Of a DNA stretch of 64,000 nucleotides, positions 10,730-24,212 are shown one piece after another. The notes beneath the pieces were generated by a model, which worked only from the letters and a program-made list of their open reading frames with translations, made no database searches and was not told the origin of the DNA. Location: NCBI GenBank assembly GCA_051294375.1, contig CM119265.1, forward strand, positions 20,182,966 through 20,246,965. The letters run 5' to 3'. The position numbers were made by a program, and so were the translations under genes. The DNA comes from Paraspadella gotoi (taxonomy: Eukaryota; Animalia; Chaetognatha). Positions within the stretch are counted from its first letter, which is position 1. Each line of letters opens with the position of its first letter.

Positions 10730-13700
10730 TCACAATCGAACGGCGACTTTCCCGACACTTTTTCCGGAATGCAAATACTCGATGGCGTCAGGAACACTCT
10801 CGAGTCCCTCGAACCCTGCGTCGACTCGAGAAGTCAATTTTCCATCAACGAAGTGTTTCGCCAACTGACGGAAGTGGCGCTCGAAGTGACCCGTATAATA
10901 GGGGAGGAAAAACCCGCCGACCGAAGCGGATTTTTTCAAAAGCTTGGCAGGGAGAAGCGACAGCTTTGCGTTGGGTTTCACGCCTCTCTCCGTCTGATAA
11001 TCGGCGATGAACCCAATGACGATGAGTCTTCCCTTCAAGGCGAGAGCGTCGAGCGCCACGTCGAACATGGCGCCGCCCACGCTCTCAAAGACGCAGTCGA
11101 CGCCGTCCGGGTAATCTTTCTTGAGGACGTCGCGGAGATTTTCCGTTTTATAGTTGATTACTCGGTCACAGCCGATTCCACGGAGAAAAACTGCCTTATC
11201 CTCGGAAGAGGTAGTGCCGATCACATGACAACCTTGGATCTTGGCGCATTGAACCGCAAACTGGCCTGTTCCGCCAGCCGCCGCGGTCACTAAAACAATT
11301 TCTTGACTGGCCTACGAGGGGAAAAAAATTTAGAATTCGCTCGTGTTACCCAGTAAGGCGTAGTAAAATTTCTAAATTTAACTTTAATTAAAATTCTAAA
11401 AGTGAGGAACGAACAACATTATATTAATGAACATTTATGTAATAAAAAAAATTATAATAAATTTTACAATTTACGCAGTAGGCCATATTTATACTAGTAC
11501 TAAACCAATAAATGTTAAAATTTCAAAACAGTTTTTTTCTAAAATTTTTTTGCAGATTTGGATTCGTCATAAAAAGTTGATAAAAAGAAATATAACTCTT
11601 TTTGAAAAATTCCTTCATTAAGTGGGTCAAAAATTAGAAAAAGCTATATTTTAAGCTAAAAATAAATTTTTTATTATTTAATATAGTTTTTTCAATTTTT
11701 AACCCACTTAATGAAAGAATTTTTTAAAATGATTTATATTTTCTTTTATCAACTTTTGACGAGGAATTCAAATCTGCAATCAAAATTAAGAAAAGCTTAT
11801 TTTGAAATTTTCGATTTTATAAGGATAGTACTATATATAAATATAGCCTACTGCGAAAATTAAAAAACATGAAATTATTTTTTTTATAAATTAATGTTCA
11901 CTGATGGTATGTTGTTCATAATTGACTTTTAGAATTTTCGTATGTAACTTTCACTACGCCTTATTACCCAGTACATTTCGTTTTAAAAAATAAAAAACTA
12001 CCAGGCAGGATTAATAATCTGTTGAAAAGGTATTTGTAAATCTCTTTAGTGATTTACTTATCCCCTGAAATTGTAAAATTTTCTTTCCCCCTTTTTTTTC
12101 CCCCCAATTTTTTTTTCGTCTATATAACTTTTCCTTATTACAAGAAGAAGCATTTTCCCATTACTTTCTATACAAATTTGCTCTTCTGTCTGCACCCACT
12201 AGATCTTCACTTACACCTGTTTTGCATATTTTAGTCTTAATAAACCAGATAGCTCCACATTTAAAAAAAAAATAATAATCAGTTTTAATTTAAGTATATC
12301 CACCAGAGGTTTGAATTTTTCTGAAACATTAAATTTGTTTTATGTTTTCACCCTAAAAGACTCTAAAAATAAGAAAGCTTAATGTAAGAGAAAAAAACAT
12401 TCAAAATAAACTATCTGCACCCACCAGATCTTTACTTGCACCTGCTCTTCAACAAAATAACAAATTTTTATAATTTTATATTTTTTTATATATTTTTTTC
12501 TTATTCTATTCTATTTTATTTTTTATTCTATGTCTTGATTAAAGAATTCTAATCATACCGGGGTAGGAACATATATCAAAACAAAATTTGAAAAAACATT
12601 ACTAAAACTCTTAACGATTTTTAAAATCCGAATTAATATTTGCATAATATTCTCTCTTAGGTTTTAGACGATATATTAATCTTTTTTAAATTCTGAGAGA
12701 TTCGGTTTTCACTGCGCGATTTGGAAGAAAAATGTTTGAAAACGTAGTGTTTAATCTCATTCTAAAATATAACAGTTAAAAATATTTTTGGAAATACTCA
12801 TTTATAATATAATAATTCTTTTGGCAAGGTGTACATCGCATTTTGGTTTAAAAATTTTTAAAATAAGCAGGTAAGGTTTGGGTAAGTTACTGTTATGGTT
12901 TAATTTTTATTCAAACTTATTTTTATCAAAAAATTTGTTAACGATATTGTTAGAAAATTAAATTAATCATATAAGATTCCTGAATGCATAATAAAATGGT
13001 CAAAATGGTAAGAAATACATAAAATATTTTTATTATAATTTTGTTTTACCTACCTGAGAAAAAATTAAATAGGTTTAATTTGGATAGTGATAAAAAGCTT
13101 AAAATCAGGTCAATTGAAAATAAGACATAACACTGTCATGTACAGAAACGACTACTGAAAAATATTAACAAATATAACATTTATCCTATGCTATGGTGGA
13201 CTAATGCAATACAATGCGCGCGCATAAAAATGACTGTTTTAAAAACATCCTCGGCGCCTTGTCGTTGGTTAAAAATTTCTTTTGTTTCATTGTATATAAT
13301 GTATATAAAAGTAAAAAGCCCAAAAAAACTTTTTCAACTTATTTTATGATTGTATCTCAGATCGTTCAGTCAGGGGAGGACGTTAAGTTTTGTCTCGATA
13401 TAGCCTATAAAGGGTCCCGCACCCTTGTATATCATATATCAAAACAAATATAATATTGTTTCGATTTATAAAATATTTTCGCAAATACCAAAATGTTATT
13501 AGTGCCGCAGTAACAGTTCAGTTTAAGCCCTTGAAAGTGATTTACATGTATTGGCGCAGCTACTGGTTATTTTATCTATCTGAAAAAGTTTGATACGAAA
13601 ATCTGGTTTTCCAAATCAAATTAGTTGCAAACAAGATTAAATCAGAAGCATGTGATTTTTTGGGTAAATTTGAGTTCGAGTTAATTATTCTCGGTTTTCT

Positions 13701-14304
13701 TATTAAGCTGCATATTTGTATAACATTTTGTTATTCTTAAAGTAGAGATAAGAAAAAAATTAGTTTCATCTGAGACAGCGATCCAAAAATTTATAGTTTG
13801 TCCTTACCTTGACGGCACCGATTCTTCCGACTTGCTCCAGACTGATTGAGGCGGTAAGTCCACTCGTAAGAAGCGGCAAGAAACCCGGATCGAGCGAAGG
13901 AATGGGAAAGGCTCCTTTCACGTTTACGGGAACCACATTAGCAAAGGCCCCATATTTAGAGTAAATGACGTGACTTCCTTCCTGAAGAACAAATGAAAAT
14001 TATATGCTACACAGTTATTATTAAATTAATTTGTTAATAAATCAACTTCTACCTTCACTGTGTGCGGAACATCATTTCCCTTTGCAACAATTTCCCCTAA
14101 CGCCTCAAACCCCAGGTCGAACGGGGGTTCTAGTTTTGGATCATATCGACCCGCTGAATAGTTGATATCCGAAGCGTTGATACCCAATAACTTATTTTTA
14201 ACCAAAATTTCATGCGACTTTAAAGCGGGTAAAGACCGCTGTATTAACTTAGCGGCATTTCGAAAGTTAGAAGACAAAGTTTGGCATTGCCACACAGTCT
14301 GCAT
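10730..14304 (-). CDS. PTGR3: Prostaglandin reductase 3 / zinc-binding alcohol dehydrogenase domain protein 2 (three exons: ~14304-14053, ~13982-13808, ~11312-10730)
   Basis: [74 protein letters not shown]. Confidence 0.92.
11354..11963. mobile_element. Foldback-type non-autonomous DNA element (long imperfect inverted arms, 8-bp TSD) in PTGR3 intron
   Basis: Termini TAAGGCGTAGT...ACTACGCCTTA; TTACCCAG duplicated at 11346-11353 and 11964-11971; internal arms are inverted (ttcattaagtgggt/acccacttaatgaa; cgcagtaggc/gcctactgcg). Confidence 0.88.
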
Positions 14305-14544
14305 CTCTATTTAATGATAACAGGGCGGAAAAATATTACAAAAATGTGGTTGACTATTAGATATTTGTAGAGATTATTCTTAGCCTAAAATTAGCTTTAC
14401 TAGGCTCAACTTGGTTTGACTTGCCTAATTGCATTGTTACATCATTATCAATACGTAGATTTTTATCCCATTTACACTTCCTCCCCAAGAATCCCACTAG
14501 CAAAAAAAAAAATTTAAAAAAAAAAAAATAAATAGGAATTTATT

Positions 14545-15606
14545 TCAACTTTTAATAGCGTTGTATTCGACGCTTTTAGAAGGATCCGCAGGCACGAAGG
14601 TCTGCAGTTTTGTCATGAGTCTCTTCAGCCCTTGAATATATTTGCGCTGCTGCTCATCGTTGAGGACGTGAGCGACGTGTTGAGCGAAAATTTTCTCGCG
14701 TCCCGTTCGCGCGTGAATGCCCACCATGGTGACTCCGATGGGCCAGGCGGCGTTGCCAATAGCGATCATGTAGTAGGCGTCGTTGGCACGAACGTATTCG
14801 CCCATCATTAGGTTCATGGCGATGGTTTTAAGTTCCTCGTAAATGTCGTCTGGAATCGTTCGCTTCTTCAATTTACGGAAAAGAGGTTTAAGGTAAGTCA
14901 CAGTCTGGTTGTAGGTGGCCGTGTCCACCTTGGCCTTTATCGTACGCCTCTCTTTCTCGTCACGTGAGTTGAGGTCATCCGCCCAAAGTTTTAGGATGTA
15001 TTGAAAAGTGTGAAGCATGGCGTCGCAGGCTTTATCGACCTTAATATCTGGGTCCGAGAGGCGCCGGGTTTCCCGTTTAATGTCCTCGACGCAGAGTCCG
15101 AAGTCTACGGCGCGGACGAGCGTCTTATCTTTGGGAGCGTCGTCGCCCGATCCCGCGTCCTCCACGGATTTTTCGATCTCGTTGAGAAAAGCGGCATCAA
15201 CTTTGTCCATGGCCGCCTTGAAGTCGTTCCTCATTCCCTTGTTTACTTCCGGTTCGAGGATTTCCAATTTGCGAAGTCGCTGAAAACTTTCCATGTCGGT
15301 CTCGCCAAAGAGTCTAACGGGCTCGTTACGTTCGCGAAGCCGACGGACGACCTCCTCGCGAGTTGGCATGTGCTTTTCGAAATCGCCGCCGATTACGTCA
15401 TCCAGGAGGCTGGTCGAGGGCTTCCGCTCCTTTTCGGGACTGGCGCCAGACGATTCTCCTTTCTTTCGTTTTCGTTTGGCAAAGTACTCATCCGCTTGTT
15501 GTTTGGCCAGATCGCCGCGTCGGAAGAACCGCTTCTCGCCAGTGACGAGGCCCGTCTTCTCCACTTGCTTCCGTTTTCGTTCGATTTCCGCTTTCAAAAG
15601 ATCCAT
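14545..15606 (-). CDS. PRPF18: Pre-mRNA splicing factor 18, single exon
   Basis: MDLLKAEIERKRK; EVVRRLRERNEPVRLFGE; IAIGNAAWPIGVTMVGIHARTGREKIF; HVLNDEQQRKYIQGLKRLMT. Confidence 0.97.
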   Translation of the reverse strand: MDLLKAEIERKRKQVEKTGLVTGEKRFFRRGDLAKQQADEYFAKRKRKKGESSGASPEKERKPSTSLLDDVIGGDFEKHMPTREEVVRRLRERNEPVRLFGETDMESFQRLRKLEILEPEVNKGMRNDFKAAMDKVDAAFLNEIEKSVEDAGSGDDAPKDKTLVRAVDFGLCVEDIKRETRRLSDPDIKVDKACDAMLHTFQYILKLWADDLNSRDEKERRTIKAKVDTATYNQTVTYLKPLFRKLKKRTIPDDIYEELKTIAMNLMMGEYVRANDAYYMIAIGNAAWPIGVTMVGIHARTGREKIFAQHVAHVLNDEQQRKYIQGLKRLMTKLQTFVPADPSKSVEYNAIKS

Positions 15607-15833
15607 CGTTCTGGCCACAACGACCCCAATTTCGATGAAGCTAAATTTGAGAGCTAAATTTAAAAGAAAAAAATCAAAATTCAAAACGATACACGTTGGC
15701 AACATGAAACTCTCAAAGTCTAAATGAAAGTCTAGATGTTTGGCAACGGGTGGCGCAGCATTAGGGGTAGGAAGAATAAGAAATGAATAAAAAGTAAGAG
15801 GATTATCACAATGAAACGACCAGAATAGGCAGA

Positions 15834-17336
15834 CTAGGAATGTAACGAATTGAGTACAACCGACGACTGCACTGTCCTCTTGAGTATGATCACTTTAGGC
15901 TCAAGCATGATCTTCAACGGCGGAAACCAGTTCCATCTGAACCCGTAACTCGCAAATCCCGGAAGAATCTTCACGATGGTGTGAGTATGCTGATACGCCG
16001 TCATGTTGAATTCCCCGGAGCCGTTGACCCCGACGATCAAATGGGTGAACTCGAGCATCTTGGACCCGCCGGGTTCGAGATTTTCCTCTTTGCTGTAGCG
16101 CCACTCGGAGTTGAGCTCGAGAAAACGCGAGGCTCCGGTCTGAGCCACGTTCCAGTCCATATGCACGTGAACAGAGTCCTCGGTCGGTTCCATCTGGTGC
16201 AAGTCGCGCAGGGCTGTTCCGCCAGGATAGTTATAGTAGGAGGCCCAAAAGGAAAGCGAAGAGAGAGTCATGTTGCCCGAAATCATCGCCACGAGGCAAA
16301 GAGCGGCGCAGTGGCGGGCGTGGTTTTTACTCCGGTTGATCCACACCCAGTCGGCGGCGCGGGCGATGACGACGTTAAGTAGAGGCACGGCGTAGAGGAC
16401 GAACCTTAGCTCCTTGTGCGGCAGGAAGGAATAACCGAAGACAAAGCCCAACGCGGGTATCGCCAGGTAAGTCAGGCGGCGGTCAACTGCCAAACCCACG
16501 GGCACCAACAGTAGAGTCGGACCCAATGCTCGTGGAAGCGCCGAGTAAAAGTACCACAGGAACGGGCTCACGCCCCAGTCGGAACTTTTGTTGAGGATAG
16601 TGTTGTAGTAGAGAACCTCGCCCTCCGGCCACAATGGGCGCCGCCAAAAGAGAGAATCGACGCCGGCCGAAAGGGAGATGCTGAGGACCCCGGCCAGGAC
16701 GCCGTGGAGGATAAGGTCCTTTAGGGAAAGCCGTTTGGAGACAAAAACCTCCATCGCAGCAATAATACCAACCAATAGCACTAATTCGGAGCGGAAAACG
16801 ACCGTAGCGAAGGCTGCTTGCCAAACAAAGTGTTTTACGTTGCCGACCAACCAGGAGTGCATCGCTAGCATCAGCGGGATGAGAGCGAAGACGTTGGGCA
16901 GTGGACGGGAGGCATAGAACGGAAGGTGAAACTGAGTTGCAGTGATGATAGTCAACCAAAACGCCGTCGGTCGTCCATATCTGTAGCCGACAGCGACGCG
17001 GAAAAGGGAAAACACGTAAACGACGCAGACTCCTAAGCAACCGCGGACGAGTATTTGGACTACGTCTTTGGCGAAACCCAGGCAGTCCATCAACGAAGCC
17101 AGCGGCCCCACCCAAAAGGTGACGAAGAGTGGTCCGATGAAGGTGCGGGGCACCACACCGGGAAACTCGAGGTGATCAAAAAGATCGAGTCGCGTTTTAT
17201 GGTAGATCAAGTCGTGCATGGCCTGGAGATTGAAGCTTTCCTCGACTTTCGTGTAAGGGCAGGCGATGAGGTAAAACAATACCACCGCGAGCATCAACAG
17301 AACCTGTAACATGTTGGACTCAACGACTGAGGTCAT
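15834..17336 (-). CDS. ALG12: Alpha-1,6-mannosyltransferase ALG12, single exon
   Basis: CPYTKVEESFNLQAMHD; DHLEFPGVVPRTFIGP; SRPLPNVFAL; WPEGEVLYYN; LPHKELRF; AQTGASRF. Confidence 0.96.
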   Translation of the reverse strand: MTSVVESNMLQVLLMLAVVLFYLIACPYTKVEESFNLQAMHDLIYHKTRLDLFDHLEFPGVVPRTFIGPLFVTFWVGPLASLMDCLGFAKDVVQILVRGCLGVCVVYVFSLFRVAVGYRYGRPTAFWLTIITATQFHLPFYASRPLPNVFALIPLMLAMHSWLVGNVKHFVWQAAFATVVFRSELVLLVGIIAAMEVFVSKRLSLKDLILHGVLAGVLSISLSAGVDSLFWRRPLWPEGEVLYYNTILNKSSDWGVSPFLWYFYSALPRALGPTLLLVPVGLAVDRRLTYLAIPALGFVFGYSFLPHKELRFVLYAVPLLNVVIARAADWVWINRSKNHARHCAALCLVAMISGNMTLSSLSFWASYYNYPGGTALRDLHQMEPTEDSVHVHMDWNVAQTGASRFLELNSEWRYSKEENLEPGGSKMLEFTHLIVGVNGSGEFNMTAYQHTHTIVKILPGFASYGFRWNWFPPLKIMLEPKVIILKRTVQSSVVLNSLHS

Positions 17337-17456
17337 TGCGACCGTCAAATTTCAGAACTTCATATTAGTTTTGTTTATCGCCTAAGAAAACAGTAGTAAA
17401 CGATAAAAAGAAAATATGGCGATTCATAACGAGAACGGTGAGATGCAACAATTTTG

Positions 17457-18869
17457 TTAATGAATGTTGAGGTTGTCGACGACGAAAATGGCTTCGGCGT
17501 CCGTGCCGCAGATTAAAGTGTCTGACTCGATGTCGATAGAGTTGACTGACATATCGAAATAAGCCGGCAGCAAAGAGCACGTCACAATGAGGGACTTCTT
17601 GTCCCCGACTCCTTCATTCGAGATCCAGGGACTTTGAGAAGACGGTGTGGAAGAGGAGGATCCCCCCAGAGTCAGAGGACCAATTCGACTCGTTCCCAAC
17701 GTCGAATTTGTGGCGACGCGTTTGTGTGTGGCGTCGGCGGCAACGCTGGCATCCCAGTGAAGCACCTTTCCATCGTCGGAACAAGTAAAGAGATGATCGG
17801 GATGACTCGGGTGAAATTTGACGTCCCAGACAGGCGAATCGTGTCCTTGAAGCAAGGAGGCGGGCGCCTTGTCCTGTCGCATGTCCCAGATGGTGAGGAG
17901 GCCGTCTGAACCACCTGCGGCGACGAGATGCGGCTGCGTCGGGTGCTGAGCGAGACTGCAGATCCCCGACCGTTCACCGTTCATCGTCAGGATTTTGATG
18001 GGGACAGGGGGAGAGCCGTCAATGCCAGATGTGCGATGGAGAGTTTGCCTCAAGTCCCAAAGTTTAAGCTGGCCGCTGGAGTTTCCCGTCAAGATTTCCT
18101 GGGGACGCAAATAGACGACGCTGGAGACAGTAAAGCTGTCCGCGTCGGGAACACGCTTCCGCTGTAGCTGATGATTTTGTGGCGCGGAAGACGACTTGGC
18201 GTTTACGTTTAAGACGTGAATATCGCCAGATTCGCCAACAGCCACAACTTCCTCGCCTTTCGTAGACAGGGCTAAGGAGGTAAAAAGAAGAAAAAAAGTT
18301 TATTTGGACAAAGAATAAAAATATAAATCGAATTTCGCGCATGATTCGCACTAAAACTAAAACCCTTCCCTCCAATTGTGTACCTAACTTATCGAATCTT
18401 CTCACTCACCGGTCAAAGCGAATCCGGGGGAGACATTCCACTCACGGATGACGGAAAGTTCTCCGTTTCCGAGCTCGAGTTGGAACAGAGTCAACCTTCC
18501 CGTCGACGACGTCGTGATCAAAGTCTCAGTTGAAAGAAAACTTATGTCCGTGACATCGCCGGGGTGGGGCGCTTCTGCGATGACGGTATGGTCACTTGTA
18601 GCCTCGTTCTCCCCGCCGCCGACACCGTAAATGGCGATGACGTTATCAGCCCCATTGTCCCAACTTCCGGCGGCAAAAATTCGCGAGGCTTTTAATCCTG
18701 GTTTCAGAGACGGCCGCCAGCAGACGCGATTTACCTGTTAAGTTGATGTAATTAACTGAGATTCCTCGAAGAGTAAATATAGTGGTTGTAAATAAATAAA
18801 TAAATTACATACCTTTCGTGATACGTAATTAACTCCTAAATTTCCCCCGGTAATGGTTTCTCTCGCCAT
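17457..18869 (-). CDS. NUP43: Nucleoporin Nup43 (WD40), three exons
   Basis: N-terminal YVSRKVNRVCWRP, FAAGSWDN; HPTQPHLVAAGGSDG; VWDVKFHPSHPDHLFTCSDDG; SVNSIDI...LICGTDAEAIF. Confidence 0.9.
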
Positions 18870-19275
18870 CTTCTACTAACTTTTCATAAGAAATCTGTTC
18901 ACGAAAGTAATACAAAAAAAGTAATAACGAATTTGATTTTCATCAAAACTTGTAGGAAAATTCTAACCAGTTTAATAACAAAATTTTCTACCAAAAAAAA
19001 AAGACAAAATTTACCAAATTAAAAAAAAAAACTTCATGAGCTTGGTCATGGGCACTGCAACACACTCATGCCTAACGGTTCGATTGAACATAAAGTTCAG
19101 ATTTTTTTTTCGTCGCAACACTGAATTTCGATTTCTGGAAGCAGAATTTGAAAAGTTGGCCGCCAGTTAGGCGGTTCATTGAAAACAAAAAAAAACAACT
19201 GTTCATGGTCGTAGAGAAACATTGGAAGTTGACCATTAAAAAAAAAAGTTATAAAGATGGTGATATCAAGTTTGG

Positions 19276-19310
19276 TTGCTGGTGATGCTGGTGATGCTGG
19301 TGATGCTGGA
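19276..19310. repeat. Short tandem repeat (GGTGATGCT)n in SERBP1 3' UTR
   Basis: gctggtgatgctggtgatgctggtgatgctgg. Confidence 0.8.
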
Positions 19311-19319
19311 AATAGAGTT

Positions 19320-20792
19320 TTACTCGGCGGCAGTTTTCGCGCCTCCGAGGGATGGAAATTCTTTGACGTCATCGAGCACGACCGGAGCGTCGCGACCACG
19401 GCCGGAACGGTTTCCCAAACCACGTACTTGACCTCTGACACCATCGCGGCCGCGACCTCCGCGAAACCCTTCGCCACGTCCGCGACCACCACGTGGTGGG
19501 CCACGCCCACGTCCGCCGCGTTGAGGTGCGTCGGAGAATTCGAACTTAATGTCGAGCACCTAAGATAAAAACGTGGGACATAGAAATCTACTTTCATGCG
19601 TGAATCCAAGATAAGACGCAAGCTAATCTCACCTGCTTGCCGGATCTTTTTTTGCCGCGTCGATCATGCTCCTCTTCCTCATCGGAATCCTCGTCCTCCT
19701 CCTCGTCTTCGTCTTCTTCCTCCTCTTCGTCGCTCGAGTCCACTTTCTTCTTCAGAGCCACCATGTTGCCCCATTGCTTGTTGTCGACCCCCTCGCCCGC
19801 TTTGCGAATATGGAACTGGGGTTTCGGCTTCTCCAGTTCCTGCAGCGCCTTCCATTCGTCTAACGTCATCTCCTTCGGCTCCGGATCCTTTTCTTCCTCC
19901 GCAGCCTCGGGCGAAGCTCCGGCATCCCCTTCCACGGGGGCGTCGGGATCCGATTTGGTAGGCGACGACGTCACCTCTTCGTCGCTGACGCCCTCGGCAG
20001 GGGCGGAATCGGTGGCGACGGCCAGCTGATCGTCGATGACCTCCTTGTCGGAACCCCAGTTGCCGCGACCGCCGCCTTCGCGCTTGTCGGAACCGCGGAC
20101 GCTCGACTTTGGATCTCCCGATTGACGATCGTACTCGCGCGGACCGCCGAATCCGCCGCGACCGCCGCCGCCGCGGCCGCGCCCTCCACGACCGCGGAAA
20201 CCACCGCGGCCCCCGCGTCCACCTTCCGTCGCTCCACCTTCGCCGAATCCGCCTCGAAAGCCACCGCCCCCGCCACCACCACGACGTTGCCCATCCTCCT
20301 CGTTCTGAGGCGGATAGTTCTCCTGATTGATCCGACCTCCTCGTCCGCCACCGTAGCCACCGCCTCCTCCTCGCGGAACTTCGCGCGCTGGAGCTTCGTC
20401 GATGGCAACCTTTTTCTCGGGCTTCGGCTTCGATCGAGCCGTCGAAGCTTCGCCTTTGCGTTCGTCGCCGGCGTTTCCGCCTTTCTTATTCTGCGACTGA
20501 AGCGTCTTCTTCTCTTTGGAAGATTCTTCGGTGGCCTTCTTCATCGCCTGTACAGTGTACAAACGACAGCAAATATTTTTTAAACTCAACAAAAAAATAC
20601 AATTTATCTATACAACGCTCAAACCTTGTTCTTAGCGTCCTTCTGCTCTTTGGCCTTCTGCACAGTTTTCTCCTTCTCCTCCTTCTTCTTCATCTCTAAC
20701 TTCTTGAGGCTCTCGAAGGGGTCCTCCTGGTCGGAGTCGTCGTCGCCGGCGAGGGCGAACCGGTTGAAGACGGTGCATCCGTACGACTCCAT
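19320..20792 (-). CDS. SERBP1: SERPINE1 mRNA-binding protein 1 / HABP4 family (RGG-rich), three exons
   Basis: MESYGCTVFNRFAL...DPFE; REYDRQSG...DKREGGGRGNWGS; EMTLDEWKALQ; FHIRKAGEG; EFPSLG. Confidence 0.92.
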
Positions 20793-21233
20793 TTTATTTC
20801 TCTGTTGACGTCGTTGGTTTCTCTGCTTCACTGGAGATGCGACTATTCGATGTTGTCACGGGAAAAAGCGACGCTCTTTCTTTCGAACCGAGACTAAAAG
20901 TGGTTTAGGTGCTTCATTCCGAAGGCTTTTTTAATTGTTTCTTAACTTAAATCTTACGAGGAAAAAACTGGCAGGGCGAGAAAAAAGAAATTTTTTATCA
21001 TTTTTTAACATGACGATATTGTTATCTTTTTTTACACAATAATATTTCCCCACAAAAAGCTAATAGAAGGGTCCTGGTAATATATTAAAGACCAGAGATT
21101 TATGATTAAACTCGCAAGTTTGGAAAAAGTTAGGAGATACAGCAAGCTGCATTTCGACCTCTTTTCGAAGTAGTAGATCGTAGGAACATTTAAAAAGACT
21201 AGATGAGCGAGGGAAAAACTGAAATCACGAGAA

Positions 21234-24053
21234 TCAACCATTTCCGTTGGCGTTGAAAAGCTGGATTCTATCGGAATCCCAGTAAAGATTCGAACTATGG
21301 AAGATAAGAGTCCAAATGTAGGGAACGAAAAACTCCTCGGGTTCTTCTTCCTCCACGTACTTGAACTTTAGTTCGGGAAACTTCTTCAATCGGTCCCGAG
21401 GCCACGTTTGCGCCCCTATGTAAGTAAAAATATTATCTGTCAAAATGAAAGAAATTCAATAAAACCAGCGGATCAGAAAATCAAATGCGGAACCTTGCTT
21501 GATGCAATCTAGAACCTCGGCCACGGAGGGATTGTGAGGTCCGTCTTTGGTGTTAGTGATGGCGTCTAGTCTCTTGGAGAAGAATCCAAGGACCAGATCG
21601 ATGTTTTGAATGACGTCTTGAAACATCGGGTGGGCGCGAAAAGCGTCAAAGGTTTCTCTGAGAAATTAGAATTAGCAGATTTGTGACTATTTTATAAACG
21701 CATTTCTTAACTATTACACGGATACATTAGTATAAAACATATGGACAACAAGCAAATTATTTGTTTAGTATTAACTAAAATGAACAAGTATTCTATGAAC
21801 TATGGTGCATTGACTTTCTGATCAAAAGTTCATATTTTTATATGGTCACGCGATTATATAAATATATATACAAAATATTAACTAAAATGATTAAGTATTT
21901 GAAAAAATATATAGTTTTTAATCATGCAATTACTTTTTTAAATAATGACGTAACTTTTCAAGTATGATACATAATTACATATGCATATGAAAGGTTTTAT
22001 AATACCTTATCTTCCCTCCAAATATGAACTTTATTAATACAGTATTACTCTAATTATGAACATTTAAAACATAAACCTATGGCTATGAACTGACAGAGTC
22101 AAACAGACCCAAGTGTCTTAGTTATAAAGTTGCTTCGTGAGGAATCGCGGCACAACTAAAAAATTGCGTTTATAGGAAAGGGGTTCAGATAAAATTAACC
22201 TTTTGTACAGCAGCGTGTAAATTAGATTAGGATTGTGATGCAACGAGTTTGTCAGCGTAGAATTGATTATTTCAAGCACCATTCTCAAAACTTCCTCCAA
22301 CACCGTCAGATCTTGCACCATCTCCTCAACTTCGTTACTCTCCGGCTCTTCTTCTTTGTCGGAAATGCCGTAATCAGAGTTACGGATTTGGTCTACCAGC
22401 TTGGCATGCTTCTTAGAGAGCGCCTAGAAAAAAAAAAGCATTAAATTATTGGAAATAATCACAAAAGTTTTTCCCGCCGCAATAACTAACCTGCAACAAG
22501 CTTATAAGCTTTTGAGCAACATAGGCGTGAATTTCTTTGAAGGTGGCGGACATATTGGCCAGGCACGCGAGACAATTTGTGTGTAAGTACTTGTCCCTCA
22601 TTCGGGTCATGTTGGTCTGAATCGTTTTAATGACGACGAGAACTAGAAGTCCTCCAAGGCTGATTTCGGACAACTGTCTTTCAGTGTACCACCCGATGTA
22701 TTTTAGCTGAACGTCATGGATGGAGTTGTTGAAGAAATCGTCCTCGGACAAGACTAGCAAAATAATTAACGCCATGTAAATGTGATGAGAGTTTTGTTCC
22801 TGTGCCGAATAAAGAATCTTGAGAACTGGCAGCACCAGCTGCTCAACGTTAGTCTTAGACAGCAGAAACTCTTTCACGTTGGAATTGCGGTGGAGCAGGA
22901 GGTAAAGAAGCAAAGTTGTCTGTCCATTGTCGCTGGAGGAGCCGAGCGTCGCTGCCAGAGTGTCATAAAGTTTGGAATAATCGATTCTAAAGGTGGCAAC
23001 GGCCTCGGTGGGGTTGCTAACCGCCTGTCCTTGGACATTGGTGAAAGAAAACAGAGCTTGACGATATGGGTTGTGGAATCCTTCGGAGCAGATAGTACTG
23101 TGGTTGGCGAGGATGAGGATGAGGTGAAGGCTTTGGTTGGCCAGCAACGCCGTAGACTTCATTCCAGCGGAACTGGGGTCCTCGTCACCGTCGGGAGTCG
23201 CCCCCGTGCCCATCCCAAGGGTGACGACCGACCAAATGCCGGACGCCACTCCGGCCGCTAATCCATAAAGCAAGCCATTTCCTTGGTTTTGTCCAAAAGT
23301 TTTCAGTAAATCAGGAGGCGCCGGTTCCTGTTTGATGTAATTAAGGAGCAAAGTCTTGGTAAACAAGGGAGCGTGAATGGAGGGGCTTTTGCCGCCCGAC
23401 TGAGAGCGACCCATCAAGTACCCGTACAACACTGAAGGTTCTTTGGGACTCAGCATGTACATTTGCACCGACAAAAGGGTGACTAATGTGTTAAGAGTCT
23501 CCAAATGTATGGCATACGTGGCTGGCAACACGGGCACGTCCACGACGATCTCGACCAAACAATTGATGAGCTCCTCAGCAACGTAGCCATGCTGCTCGTC
23601 ATCGTCGGGTCCTCTCACGTTGAATTGCCGCAAAACGTTCTCTTCAGAAAGGTGTTCGATCAAATACTTACAAATCGATCTAATTATGAAGAGGGCGTTG
23701 AATGTCTGCCAAGTGAAGATGCTGCTGCTGGAAAGAGAGTCTGTGGGATTTCCTTCGATGCCGGATTCCTCGCTCTGTGCGGTGGCTTTGAGTTCGGAGG
23801 CTCGCCGAAAGAAGACGCGCAGAAGAGAACCCAAGTTGCCAGTGTCGAGGTTATGCTTGGTGAGATTGCGGCAGACGGAGACTGTGTTCTCCTCGACCAG
23901 ACGAGAGTCGGCCGAGTTGAGCGGCGGAGCGAAGGAGAAGGACAAAAGGCTGTTCCAAAACGGATCCTGAACGTGAATGGGTTCCGGACCGGCCAGACGG
24001 CTCAGGTATTCGTTTGACGATAAATCAGCGATGCTGCTACTGTTCGCGCCCAT
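21234..24053 (-). CDS. DYM: Dymeclin, four exons
   Basis: MGANSSS; [10 protein letters not shown]; [18 protein letters not shown]; [17 protein letters not shown]; [26 protein letters not shown]. Confidence 0.96.
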
Positions 24054-24212
24054 GGTTATTTATCGAGTATCTTGTGTCACTGATTTACACTCTTTTTAAA
24101 CTTTGACCTTTGAACATTTTCTTTAAGTTTAATAATCTATGGAAACAATGGTAACGAAATGATGAGAAAAACGGGTAGAAACAAAATTTAAATAAAGAGA
24201 TCGAAACTAAGT

